A stretch of 63,674 nucleotides of DNA, filler included, from Pelomyxa schiedti (taxonomy: Eukaryota; Protista; Evosea), in NCBI GenBank assembly GCA_020536535.1. It is 13 parts of 13 records of this genome, joined end to end, with 100 filler letters (N's around TTAATTAATTAA, not from the genome) between each part and the next. Parts side by side here need not be neighbours in the genome. Positions count along the whole stretch, not along the records: positions 49,783 to 50,993 come from JAHLWZ010002693.1; positions 51,094 to 56,300 come from JAHLWZ010000208.1; positions 56,401 to 57,458 come from JAHLWZ010002909.1; positions 57,559 to 58,685 come from JAHLWZ010002795.1; positions 58,786 to 63,674 come from JAHLWZ010001548.1; 8 more parts are not named here. The stretch is one strand, 5' to 3'. The translations under genes and the position numbers were made by a program. The notes below the pieces were generated by a model, which worked only from the letters and a program-made list of their open reading frames with translations, did not search any database and had not been told where the DNA came from. Positions 50,525 to 63,419 of the stretch are shown here, one piece after another (position 1 is the first letter of the stretch; every line of letters starts with the position of its first letter).

Positions 50525-50789
50525 AACGAGCAAAGGGGGCGATGGGAGCAGAGCGAGTTACAGCCAAAGGGGCAAGGAGGTCACAATCCATGTACGGAAC
50601 CCGGGCACTTTCGGTAAAGAAAAAAGGGGTCCAACGCTCAGCCATGAGTGCGGTGGCTGAGCCACGAGAAGCTGCCTAGCATCGCAGAGGTAACGGGGAA
50701 CGAGCAAAGGGGGCGATGGGAGCAGAGCGAGTTACAGCCAAAGGGGCAAGGAGGTCACAATCCATGTACGGAACCCGGAACCCGGGCAC
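50525..50789. repeat. Two ~84-bp direct repeats (50525-50608 and 50699-50789) around a ~90-bp spacer
   Basis: Identical aacgagcaaagggggcgatggg...tacggaacccgg; the spacer contains the hairpin gctcagcca-N9-tggctgagc. Confidence 0.9.
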
Positions 50790-51108
50790 CATTAGTATGT
50801 TCAGTGTGTTAGCTGTTGTGGCTTACCTTGACAAACATTTTTTTAGTTGTTTTTTTAATATGTAGCACACAGACCAAGTTTAGAACCAAGGGGATTTATT
50901 TTATTCTCACATGGACTATGAGAAAGGTGATGACAAGAGTGAAATGGAACTGTAATCAAGTGTTGCTGCTGGCCATGGTGGAGACAGTGGTTGNNNNNNN
51001 NNNNNNNNNNNNNNNNNNNNNNNNNNNNNNNNNNNNNTTAATTAATTAANNNNNNNNNNNNNNNNNNNNNNNNNNNNNNNNNNNNNNNNNNNNTAGTTCA
51101 CTATTTTA

Positions 51109-51120
51109 TGGTGGAGGTGC
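51109..51120 (+). promoter_or_regulatory. Putative primer-binding site (tRNA-Ala-like)
   Basis: TGGTGGAGGTGC about 90 nt upstream of the gag ATG, complementary to a tRNA 3' end ...CCTCCACCA. Confidence 0.55.
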
Positions 51121-51199
51121 TGTTTTGATACCTCGTATTAAGCAGCCATAACATCTTTGACGAGCATCTAAGGTATTATAACTCTCAACCAAGATCTAG

Positions 51200-54100
51200 A
51201 TGAAAGGAGCGAAGTCTAGCGACAAACATCCGCCTGTACCTTCGTCGAGTAAGGACAAGGGCAAAGAAAAGGCTGACGGCAAGGCCGATGATGAGGGCGA
51301 AAAGACTGGCGACGATGTGTCAGATCCACAGAAGTTGGCGAGCTTGCTACAAGCGCAGCAACAAGCCGAGATTGAAAGCGGGAAGAGAATCACCGCATTG
51401 GAAGACACACTCGCGCAGATATTGGCACAGCTCAAGGGAAAAGAAAATACAGATGGCGCCAATCACGGTAATTCCCAAGTAGAAGCTGATAATGCCATTG
51501 AGGTTGTAAATAATGATGCTAACGTGGGAGACAAACCCGCTAGCGAGATACAGCCTAATAGAGACATAAATGATTCGGCAGCGGCCCCAGGTTTTAAAGT
51601 ATCGGTTCCAGCGTACTCTATGTCAAACCCGTTCAAGACATGGTCTACTTTATTGTTAGAAGCGCAACGAGTAGCTGGATGGAATACCGCTCAAACGCTG
51701 TTCATGCTGAAAAGCAAGATACCCTATATCATGCAGTCATTCTTTGATGCACAGGGACTTGCTGATGGAACAGTGGAGGATGCGTTACTTGCGTTGCATA
51801 AGCTTACTGTGAAGCGCGGCGATGCGCAGCAGTTACGACATCTGTCGGGAATTAGACAAAGCAACGAATCCATAATAACTTACGCAGATTATTTCCAGAG
51901 AGAAGCAGCATTGCTGGAGATGGATTTAGGACCCGATGTGATACGCAAACTATTCATTGGTGGATTGCGGCCACGCTATTACGAAGCTGCACTGAATGCA
52001 CCAGATACAGACATAACCAGTCTAGTGCAAAAGCTTCAAGAGGTGGAAGATCACGATAGATCGTTCCATGGATTTCAAGGCCGTGGTTACCAGCACAGAC
52101 AATATACTAATTACAATCATGCCCCACATACTATTACAATCAAGACTAAGGGAGGTGGTAGTACCACAAGGACTACTGGAGGTTCTAGTCAGTCTGGTCA
52201 ATCAAATAGTACTACGCCAAGTAAGAGTGGTGGCTCAACGCATGGAACGAGGGAACCTGAGGGCAAGGGATCACACAAGTCAATCCAGTGTTACAATTGT
52301 CATGGATATGGACATACTGCGAAGAACTGCAGAAAGCCGAAAATGTGTGGATTCCAACCAAAGAGTAAGGGAAAGACCAAAAAGTCACAAAGTCGTGGTG
52401 GGAAGCCTGAGAGTAAGTCGGGAAGTAGCACTGTCTGCCCTGCCAAGGTGGATGGTAAGGAGAAGGCGGAAGAGCCGGCAAGTTCTTTACCTTCGTCTGC
52501 TGCTCCTACTGAGACTAAGCAGACCAAGCACGCTTTCGGTGAGAAAACAAGCTGTTGGTTATCCTCACTCCTTGGGAAAGTAAATGGTAAGCCAGTGACA
52601 CTGATGATAGATAGTTGTTCGTCTATTTCAGTGATCAGCGAAGATGCACTCGAGCATATTGCGCCAAACGCGGAAGTAGCAGAAATGCCCAGTTTGGTGA
52701 AAGCCGAGGCTATCAATGATACATTAGTCGAATTATGGGGAAGAATTGACCTACAAGTAGAAATCGGCAAGGCAATTCACCCAGTAACATTCACAGTCAC
52801 TAGAGGACTGAAGAATATGATACTTATCGGATGTGATGCACTAACACATTACAAAGGAGATATTTTGCACTCCTGTAACGCTTTTAGATGGCAAAACGGG
52901 AAGAAAGTCAGTTTACTTTCCAAGAACAGAAACAACAAACGTATTGTTGCACAGCAAGATATCACTATCCCAGGATGGTCTACTGTTGCAGTGGATGTCA
53001 CGCTGCCTGTAGGACTGCATATCGGAGAGCTACTCCTGGTGGAGAAATGCAAAGAAGCGATCGTGCACGGAATATGCACGCAGTCAGCTCTATTCGAAGT
53101 ACCCAAGACCAGGAATATCCAAGTACAAATCGCAAATACTCGCGAGAAGCCGATCAGGATCTTCAAAGGTCAAACAGTTGCAAGAACTGGTAGTGCCCAA
53201 GATGTAGCACTACACTGGAAAGCAAAGCTAAATGCTAGTGGTAAAGTCGAGAAACATGCCTCACTGTTCATATGCGAAGTTAAAGAAAGTCATGAGAGCA
53301 GTGGAATTACCACGCAAGCACCGATTAACGATTGGAAAATTGGAGAACATTTGACATCTCAACAGAAAGAAGAGCTCATATCTCTATTGAACAGTAATCG
53401 CAAAGTATTCGCCACATGTGCGGAAGAACTTGGAGAGATGAAGGGAATTGAGCATGAAATCAAGCTAACGTCTAACGTACCTATTAACGACAGACGTCAT
53501 ACGGCAAATCCGGCCAAGAGAGAGCTGGAAAAGCAGGAAGCGCAGAAGTTACTTGATACTGGTGTAGCAAGATGGAGCAAGAGCCCATACTCAGCGCCAG
53601 TAGTACTTGTCAAGAAGAAAGATGGATCTATACGTTTCTGTGTTGATTACAGGCGACTGAACGCCATTACTATCAAAGACGCGTTTCCAATGCCAGATGT
53701 AACTTCCACAACTCATTTGCTAGGTGAAAATCGCTGGTGGTCGAAGCTAGATGCCTACAGTGGTTATTGGCAAGTGAAGGTGAAGGAAGAAGACATACCA
53801 AAGACTGCATTCAGTTGTGCTCTTGGACATCTCGAAATGGTTCGCATGCCATTCGGTTTGGTAAACGCTGGTGCAACCTACCAACGCGGCATGACTCAAC
53901 TGTTCCAAGGCAAACAATGGCAGTACATACTTACATACATTGATGACATAATTGTGTTTTCGCATACATTTGAAGAGCACATGCAACATTTGCAAGAAGT
54001 CTTCAATTGTCTGAACGACGCTGGTGTGAGGTTGAAACACACCAAGTGTGAATTCTGTATGGAGAAGATTAACTTTCTAGGTCACATAATCAGCAAAGAA

Positions 54101-54260
54101 GGAATCAGACCTGATCCTTCCAAGATGGAAGCCATTACACAGTTTCCAGTCCCCAAAGGCGTTGAGGAACTGAGAAGATTTCTGGGAATGACAGGCTACC
54201 ATCGAATGTTCGTGAAGGACTACGCAATCAAAGCAAACGCACTGGTAAAGAGACTATCAG
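51200..54260 (+). CDS. Gag-Pol polyprotein (capsid, CCHC knuckle, aspartic protease, dUTPase-like linker, RT), 3' truncated
   Basis: CYNCHGYGHTAKNC; LMIDSCSSISVI and ILIGCDAL; SPYSAPVVLVKKKDGSIRFCVDYRRLN; MPFGLVNAGATYQR; YIDD; LRRFLGMTGYHR. Confidence 0.93.
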
Positions 54261-54360
54261 NNNNNNNNNNNNNNNNNNNNNNNNNNNNNNNNNNNNNNNN
54301 NNNNNNNNNNNNNNNNNNNNNNNNNNNNNNNNNNNNNNNNNNNNNNNNNNNNNNNNNNNN

Positions 54361-55920
54361 TCACCCAGTAACATTCACAGTCACTAGAGGACTGAAGAAT
54401 ATGATACTTATCGGATGTGATGCACTAACACATTACAAAGGAGATATTTTGCACTCCTGTAACGCTTTTAGATGGCAAAACAGGTCAAACAATTGCAAGA
54501 ACTGGTAGTGCCCAAGATGTAGCACTACACTGGAAAGCAAAGCTAAATGCTAGTGGTAAAGTCGAGAAACATGCCTCACTGTTCATATGCAAAGTTAAAG
54601 AAAGTCATGAGAGCAGTGGAATTACCACGCAAGCACCGATTAACAATTGGAAAATTGGAGAACATTTGACATCTCAACAGAAAGAAGAGCTCATATCTCT
54701 GTTGAACAGTAACTGCAAAGTATTCGCCACATGTGCGGAAGAACTTGGAGAGATGAAGGGAATTGAACATGAAATCAAGCTAACGTCTAACGTCCCTATT
54801 AACGACAGACACCATACAGCAAATCCAGCCAAGAGAGAGCTGGAAAAGCAGGAAGCACAGAAGTTGCTTGATACTGGTGTAGCAAGATGGAGCAAGAGCC
54901 CATACTCAGCACCAGTAGTACTTGTCAAGAAGAAGGATGGATCGATATGTTTCTGTGTTGATTACAGGCGACTGAACGCCATTACTATCAAAGACGCGTT
55001 TCCAATGCCAGATGTAACTTCCACAACTCATTTGCTAGGTGAAAATCACTGGTGGTCGAAGCTAGATGCCTACAGTGGTTATTGGCAAGTGAAGGTGAAG
55101 GAAGAAGACATACCAAAGACTGCATTCAGTTGTGCTCTTGGACATCTCGAAATGGTTTGCATGCCATTCAGTTTGGTAAACGCTGGTGCAACCTACCAAC
55201 GCGGCATGACTCAACTGTTCCAAGGCAAACAATGGCAGTATATACTTACATACATTGATGACATAATTGTGTTTTCACATACATTTGAAGAGCACATGCA
55301 ACATTTGCAAGAAGTCTTCAATTGTCTGAACAACGCTGGTGTGAGGTTGAAACACACCAAGTGTGAATTCTGTATGGAGAAGATTAACTTTCTAGGTCAC
55401 ATAATCAGCAAAGAAGGAATCAGACCTGATCCTTCCAAGATGGAAGCCATTATGCAGTTTCCAGTCCCCAAAGGCGTTGAGGAACTGAGACGATTTCTGG
55501 GAATGACAGGCTACCATTGAATGTTCGTGAAGGACTACGCAATCAAAGCAAACACACTGGTAATTAGACTATCAGGTGATTGGCAATGGAGTCGGAAGGA
55601 GCAACTCGCTTTCGAAAACCTGAAGAAGGAATTGTGTCAAGCACCTATATTAGGACATCCTAATTGGTCCCTACTGTTTAACTTGGAAACAGATGCTTCC
55701 AAGGCAGGTGTTGCTGCAGTGTTATTGCAAGGCGCACCTCGGACCAAAGAGTACAAGATGATAGGATGTTGGAGCAGGAAATTGAAGAAGTACGAGCAGA
55801 ACTATGCAATAACAGAACTCGAAGCACTTGCAGTAGTCTGTGGTATTGTAAGATTCCGAGAATATCTGGAAGGGAAACCATGGATACTGTATACAGATCA
55901 CTCTGCACTCACTTTATTTT
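54361..55920 (+). mobile_element. Ty3/Gypsy copy 2, degenerate (PR end - RT - RNase H)
   Basis: Homologous to 52778-54260 with an ~269-bp deletion and a CGA>TGA stop at 55518-55520. RNase H motifs LETDASKAGVAAVL, TELEALAVV and YTDHSAL; ends abruptly with no integrase. Confidence 0.92.
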
Positions 55921-56446
55921 GAGGTTTGTGTTGTGTTTGTGTGTGGATGTTAAAAACTACAGTTTATGTGGTTTTGAGTGCCAAACAGGGTAAGCTGCTG
56001 TGCCACTGCTCCCAGCAAGACATACACATGGCAATAGTGACAAGCTTTAGATTCTATTCTGGAACTATCTGTGAAGCAGAGGAGTTGCGCTGCTGTTGTG
56101 CTGAGATAGTATTCTGCGTGGGTGCAACAACAGTACCATTGGGCAGATGTACCTGAAAGTTATACAGATCAGCACCTGTGTACATAATCAGATCAGATAA
56201 AAAAAAGAAGAAACTACAAATATTATGAGCCCAGGAAGCGTTTCATAGAAATGGAGCATTTGTGGACAGCGGAATAGAGGGCCTGTGCTTCATCAGCACC
56301 NNNNNNNNNNNNNNNNNNNNNNNNNNNNNNNNNNNNNNNNNNNNTTAATTAATTAANNNNNNNNNNNNNNNNNNNNNNNNNNNNNNNNNNNNNNNNNNNN
56401 GTCTTTTGGTGGGCCCAAGTACAGGTGTTGGTGCATGTGAGTGTCA

Positions 56447-57458
56447 ATGTTAATGGCGAGCCGTCGAGGAAAATTCATTGGCTTGATCTTTGTATTTGGT
56501 GTGATGCTTGGTGCTGCGTCGCTCGTGTTGCTTCTACAAAGCGAGGTTTTGTAACCCACAAATAAGTGGCAACGCCTGAGTGTTTTTTTTTGTTTTTGCT
56601 GCTGTTATTAATTTTATATTTCTTAGGCTGGTCGGGGTTACGGGAGGCCAGATGTGGTTATGGCAGTGAGTGATAGATTGGGTTCTAGAAAACATGAATA
56701 TCACGTGGCGGAGGGGTGTGACTGTAGATATACAGTACAACCTTTTTTGAGATCTAGGTTTTTTTTTTTTTTTTTTTCCCCGCTGTCATTTACCTCTATT
56801 AAACATCGTCCAGGGAATCTTTTGATGGAGTGGATGTGGTGCTCCTTCCTTTGTATCATGATGACTCACTTGCAAATTTTTCACTGCATCTGGCACCGCA
56901 CCAATTACTGGTGCCACTTATGACAGAGCCTCCTACGGTTTTTCCGCAGATACACGACTACAATATCGCAGCTCAGTTCAACTTCACAGCCAGCTGGGCA
57001 CTTCCATCTGATACAAATGTAATGGCTTCCTTTGGTCCCATCCCATTCCGAAATCCAAGAGTAAGTTTTGCTTCTGAATACTCTTCGTATCTAATCTTTC
57101 CTTGTAGATAGAGAGAGTATTGGAAAGCTGGGACGATTTGGAACATTTACCTCCTCTCAAAGAAAAAAATGCCCCCTTTGACGCAGCATATTTGGCATCC
57201 CACATGGGTGTGAAATAACTTGAATGTGCGCTAACTAAACCAAGTCAGTGCACCTCAAAGCATAACTGTTGAATAACATCATGAATTCCAAGGCCGTGTA
57301 AATAGAGATGACCTCGCATCCCAACTAAACCTGAGTTATATATCAGTGGGATTCTATGGGAAACGACTGCACAACGCTGACCTGGCTAAAAACGAATATA
57401 GATATTCTACGGCCGGTGCTCTAGAAAAAATAGATCTCATAGCCACCCACTTATTTAC
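56447..57458 (+). CDS. Alpha-1,3/4-fucosyltransferase-like (GT10), type II membrane protein, 3' truncated
   Basis: N-terminal TM RRGKFIGLIFVFGVMLGAASLVLLL; C..RYT...DVVLL...PHQLLVPLMTEPP...FNFTASWALPSD; AAYLASH...NRDDLASQL..ISVGFYGKRLHN...KIDLIAT. The contig ends just before the expected YKF motif. Confidence 0.65.
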
Positions 57459-57558
57459 NNNNNNNNNNNNNNNNNNNNNNNNNNNNNNNNNNNNNNNNNN
57501 NNTTAATTAATTAANNNNNNNNNNNNNNNNNNNNNNNNNNNNNNNNNNNNNNNNNNNN

Positions 57559-58107
57559 TGAGTGCACAAGAGGAATAATGGGTGGATTCTTACAAACTAT
57601 GCAGCACCGCGGGAAGGACTTCCCATCAACGTATTCATAACTTACGATCTGATTTCCAGCATTAATTCCACAAGTGGCATACCCAAGAAGATCTTGCCTT
57701 ATTATTGCCATCAACGTCCATCTCCACTTTAATTGTTTTAACTGTACGACCGAGGCGTTGCTTTTAGCTTGTAATGTTTACATCGAGGCAGGTGTTTCAC
57801 TCTGAAATTGATTGGCAACCATCAAATCAAATAAAAAACCACGTACGTGAAACGGTGGGTGCCAAACCACCTGCGATATTACAGCATCCGCAACCGCATG
57901 CCCCTTGCCGTGTGAGCCTATCATTAACTTAACCAGTAAACAAAAGTTACCAGCCATCACAAACTCGCTCCTCCACCAAACTACTCTCAAGTCCACACTT
58001 TGCACTGAAGAGACTGTGATACAGTGAGGATGAAAAGTGGGAAATTTCACAGGCCTTGTGTAATGCCACTCTCGTGCAGCAGCCGCGGGTCTCTTGTTGG
58101 TTGCTTG

Positions 58108-58140
<33 letters not shown>

Positions 58141-58685
58141 GTTGCTGTTGTTGTTGGCGTTGAACTTGTGGCTTGCTGGCTTGCTGGCTGGCTGAGAGTT
58201 GTTTGTTGTTGATGGGGTGGTGGAAGGAAGGGGCAAGTGTTTGTGGTGTGCCGCCGCTATTAAGGCCGCGTTCTCCGGCACGATGCAGTGCAAAGGGGAT
58301 GATTGATGACGATGTGTGTACGTAGTGTAGTTGGAGTTGGAGTCGGAGTTGGAGTTGTTGTTGTGGTAGGCACTTGCTTGCGCTCTTCCTTGCTGTCTCT
58401 CTCAACAAAAGAGTCATCACTCCTCTCTCCACTTCTGTGCAATATTGAGAATGGAATTGCAGGGAGGGAATTTGATGAAACCTGAAACACCGCTGCTGCT
58501 TTTCTGCCTTCCTCCATCTATTTCGCAAGTACTACTCTCAAGTCCACACTTTGCACTGAAGAGACTGGACGCTGTTCACGCACGTGGTGGTGTGGCTGCC
58601 CGACGTGGACACGTGCGTGGCGATGGGCGAGGCGTCCCTGCTGCTGTGCCCCCGGTGCGTGAACAGGGCGGTGCACCTGTGGCTG
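57559..58685. repeat. Mosaic contig of reverse-complement pieces of 12684-13454, 12990-13046 and 6904-7024
   Basis: Direct sequence identity; the last junction has a CTG microhomology at 58565-58567. Confidence 0.88.
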
Positions 58686-58785
58686 NNNNNNNNNNNNNNN
58701 NNNNNNNNNNNNNNNNNNNNNNNNNNNNNTTAATTAATTAANNNNNNNNNNNNNNNNNNNNNNNNNNNNNNNNNNNNNNNNNNNN

Positions 58786-61709
58786 ATGGTAATAAGTGAA
58801 ATAGTGTGAAAGAGGATTCTATGTAAAACCGGAGTCCCAGGACTGAAGTAACATGGAACCGATTTGTGGTTGATCTAACCGCATCAAATACAAGAAGAAG
58901 GCCCCAAGGACAATACCAACCCGCGAAAGTACTACATAAAATCCCATGAAGCTAAGAGCAATGTGTTAGCTGATAATGCGGAAGCGGAGGGATTACCTTG
59001 ACAGAGTGATATTAAGAAAATCAAAATAGGTGAAGAGTCGGAAATTATTGAGTTGCGGTGTTTTGGTGCTGAATAGCAACCATCGGAGCCTAGATGGAAA
59101 ATATTCAGAAAACTACGATAAAAATGAAACACTACTAACAGGAAGTTGATAAGATAGCTGAGTATGGGGGGAACCAATAGGATTATGAACAAGTTAAAAA
59201 CAAACTTCCGGAACTGATCCACGTATACCATAAGCACAATGAACAATGAGATCAGTACAACAAGGATATAGGTCAGAAACCAGCAAACCAAAGCATGCCT
59301 GATGTCCAATCTTGGCCATACAATGGAGTAAGGAAATAGGAAGTTACATGACTTGATATCCAATATAATTTGGTGCCCGGGTTGTTGTATAGTCATCTTT
59401 CTTGAATATGTATGCCCCTTGGCGCAGCAGCATTATCTGAATGTGTGTTAGTGAGCTCATAATAAATGGTATAAAGAACATGTTGCCGGTAGCACCGAAA
59501 GATCAAAATCCAGTTTAGTATGACAAAGCAATATGCTATCTATGAAGGACAATGATAAAATGGCAAGTGAAGGGAAGGGCAGTTACTGCATAGCCTAGAT
59601 CCATTATCAGGCATGAAATCGCAAAGAATTTGTCTGGCTCCAGAATAAATCCATAACAGGGAGCAAAAAGTTCGTTTACCTGCAGTATATTCCCCAAAAT
59701 ATTGAAGAACCAAAGTACGGACAGCTCTGAGAAGATCTAGTTGTGACTGGAAAGAGGCACATTATGGTCTGTTATTTACAGAGAAAGAATACCCCAAACA
59801 AGTATCCACTAGACAGTAGGATTAGCCAAGCAGAAATAGCCAAAGAAAAAAAAATTCTAGGAGTGGGAACTTAAAAAGTGTTCCAAAGTTATTACCAATT
59901 ACCGCAGAGGATATGTGAAGTGATCCCACCCAGCAAAAACATCGTGCGGAGAAGGGTCTTTGGCATAAACCCACAAAAACATGATTCCCTTAATACAGTA
60001 GTATCGTATCTACTTGCAGATTAGTCCCTGAAAAACTGTACAGGCACATACACACCCTGACTAAACAAAATTGGAACTTGAGTTTCCAAGGAAGTGAGCT
60101 CAGTAGTTGCAGGGTCAGTTTATCCTCTTCAATCGTGACAGAAGTACTAATCAATTTAGTAGTAGAATGCAATTAAAGTCTACCTCTTTTTCTTTGGTAG
60201 ATGTGTTGGAATCTGCCTCCCAAAGGTTCCATTCTGATGATGGGAAAAAATTTTCAAGAGGAGGGATCTGTGCCTCTGCATGAACGGAGTTTCAGATTTC
60301 TTGCAAATAAGCACTCTAACTGCGTCCAGTCAAGGCCCACACAGACAAAAGAAACTTTGGGTGGAAAGGATACGGAACAGTATGATGGAGAGAGCTGTTG
60401 ACAACCACATTAGTCCCCACGCGATCCCTGAGTACCAGTTTGCTGGGAGATCAAAGAAAAACATCCACCATACACCATATACACTGAGAAGGGCAACAAG
60501 GCCACACCACATCTATATCAAAGTTACTAACAAGGGGAACTTCCAATGGCAGGGCATACAAATGCAACATGCTTTTGATACTCTGAATTTGCATAATCGC
60601 AGGCAAGAATTATGAGCAGAGTGATGACGCCTCCGATAACTATAATTTTGTCAGGCCGAAGAGGAAATATATTCTGGCAGCATATACCACTTGTCTCAAT
60701 AGCGGCTTCTGAGGAACTTGTGCTGTTGCTGTTGCTGTTGCTATTGCTTGAAAGAAACACGGTACTGGAGGCTTCTGCAAAGAGAGGAACATTTGAACTT
60801 GAAGAGCTTGTACTATTTGAAGACGCAATCCCCTGAAAAAAAGAAGTGAATAACAATTGCCACAATCTTCGGAAAAAAAGGAAGGGATCTAACCTGGTCA
60901 GAGGTATTGTTTATCGCTGAGAATGCAAGTAAAATAGCAATGGTAAGCAACTGCGCAGTAACAAGAGACAAAGCCAAGGCGCGGCTCCTTACGCGGTCCC
61001 TCACGAGATCGAGCATCACCTGGCCATTTGGTTGGCAGATAGTACCACACTCACTCGAACTTGATCCCATCACTTGGGGGAAGAAGGATATATAATCAAT
61101 CGGTTATAACCGTACCGGTATTCTGACACCAGCGAGACCAGGGCAGCACTGTCCAACCACGTTCCCCGATTTTATCTTATGCAACGTCGATGATGATGAT
61201 GATGACGATGATGGCGACGACGACCCTGACGCCCCAGCACTCTCACTCCCTCCTGCGCCAGTCCCACAATTGTAGGAAGCAGCAGCCGCGCGGGTAGTGG
61301 CAGCCGTCTCAGTCCCTAGCAGCGGGTCATTCTCCGTGTTGCCGCGCTTGTCTGCTTCTTCTTCTTCTTCGTCGTCGTCGTCGTTGTGGCTGGTGTGGTT
61401 CTCGGCGTGAACCCTGTCCCCGTCGCCGTCGCCCTCCCTCTCGTGCACAACCACCACCACGCTGCCGGGCGCCGCCGCGTCGTTGTTGCTGTGTGTCACC
61501 ACCACGTGGTGGTCACTGCCTCCCTCGTCGCCGCCGTAGTCGACGACGCTCACGGAAACACTGAGAGGTTCGGCGGGGGACGGTCCCTCAGGGTCGTTGC
61601 GCTGTTGTGTGTCATTTGTGGTGCCGCTCGAGGTTGTTGCACATTGGTCGGCACTCTCTGTGGCGGGTTCCCTCGGCGGAAACGGCAACGATGGCGAGTA
61701 GGAGCGCAT
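58786..61709 (-). CDS. Multi-exon polytopic membrane protein of unknown function
   Basis: Acidic low-complexity N-terminus with ENDPLL dileucine-type motif, then many hydrophobic exons (ALALSLVTAQLLTIAILLAF, IIVIGGVITLLIILA, WYSGIAWGLMWLSTALSIILF). Exon structure and 3' end not resolved. Confidence 0.5.
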
Positions 61710-63419
61710 TTCCCTGTTCGTGGAAATCCTGGAGAAAAGAATAATCAACATTCTCTCACAGTCCATATCGCCAACGATAGACGACGCATCGGAAACGGCA
61801 ACGATAGTCACGGCTACGGCGAGTGCGGCGAGGGACCAAGTTGGTACGCTGCGGGCGCCCCAGCGGTGCGGTGCGGTGCCGGCTGCCCGCTGCGGCTGAT
61901 GTAGAATATAGGATGTGGCGATTATGGGACGGTGCTCCGGTCGTTGTTGCACCATGCACGCGGGTTTTCCGTAAGTGTTGTGTTTAATGATGTGCGATCT
62001 GCAGATGGATGCTATTGCCGATGTCGGCTAATTGAATGCAGATGCTTTGGTTCTCAGTGCCATCCCTGAATCTTTTGCTGTACTGTCTAGTCGTTAGCAC
62101 TCCAAGTTTCCTGTGTGTAGTGCCTTTATTGCATTGGCGCCTGTGCTTTATGCAATCTTGGAAGGTTGTCAAGATGAGCAAAGTAACACAATTAATTTGG
62201 AAGTGTAAACGATTCCGATGCTTATGCAGCTCTGAAATCATTTGAATACCAGTGACTGCTTTGTTGCACTGAATTCCATGCTGCAAAGATTTCCCCTGGA
62301 GGAGAAAAATGTGTGCATTTAAAGATTTTTGTATTGTGAATTTCGATAATCACATCACCATCTACTTACTAAAACACCAAATAAAAGACCGCAAACAATA
62401 AATACAAACACAATGAAAAACGAGTTGTAGATAGAGTTGAACTAATGTGACATAGCTGAGGATCTAATTCTGATAGTTTCCTAAGCTTCAAATGCGGAAT
62501 GGTACACACAACCTCTTTGTTTCTGTGCTAATCACTTCCTGCCAGTTCCAGAAATGTTAGCCCAATGCCGGGAATACCCTGCCAGTGCCAACTGAAATCG
62601 CTGTTCCACCAGATCACTTCTGCAATAACCACAACTCCACCATGCCAGAGCTTTATTGCCATGTGCCACCATGCTGGTGTCTCCAGACGCAAAGTGTCAG
62701 CACTAGATTGAACTTTGTCTTCCAAACAATGAGGGAGCCAATACACCAACACCAACAAACAAGGCCTCTTAACACACTTGGGTAACTACCAGCCATCACT
62801 ACACCGCCCAAGTTGGTTGTTCCATACGGGTTTGATGTTTGTACCCATAATTCTTATGAGCGAAAAAAACGATGGGTTTTAACACTGCAAATTTTGCATA
62901 AATTTGGGAACAAACCCCCAAATAAATGGTGCAACCCATTGCATTGCAAAGATGTAAGACCTATTCTGGCTTTCAAACAATGTTCCAAATGATCTTGTGG
63001 CTTATTTGGCCACATAGTCAACAAGTTCCAAACACCATTTTTGCTGTGGCTCAGCTGTCCATGGCGTTGCCTCCATGCCAGGAGGTTGCAGGTTCAAAAG
63101 CAGTAGTGCTCATCCTAACTTTTTGGCGAACCTTTTTTGTGAATGGGCTGACGGCAGGCATGTTAATTTCTTTGCGGTACAAAGCGACCACCTTTGCTGC
63201 TCAAGGAAAATTTCACTGCACCCAAAGCGACCACTTTTGCTGCTCAAGGAAAATTTCACGGCGACCAACAGTGATCAAATGTCCAGCAAGTTCGAAAGCC
63301 AAAACCACAAATAATATAACATCAGCCATACCTCTACTTACCTGGAGCCAGGGTGCTGTGGCTCAGCTGTCCATGGCGTCACAGAACCTTGTGTCTTCTT
63401 GGGCAGCTGATAGGACCAT

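Larger units (their letters stand above)
51094..54260 (+). mobile_element. Ty3/Gypsy LTR retrotransposon, copy 1 (5' portion)
   Basis: PBS followed by a single Gag-PR-RT frame; cut by contig start and N gap. Confidence 0.93.

Noticed and set aside
50525-50789. Possible CRISPR-like repeat-spacer
   Set aside because: Only two repeats of ~84 bp, no cas genes, eukaryotic context.
51200-54508. 1102-aa ORF apparently repeating part of the protease after RT
   Set aside because: The ORF caller read through a 100-N gap into a second element copy.
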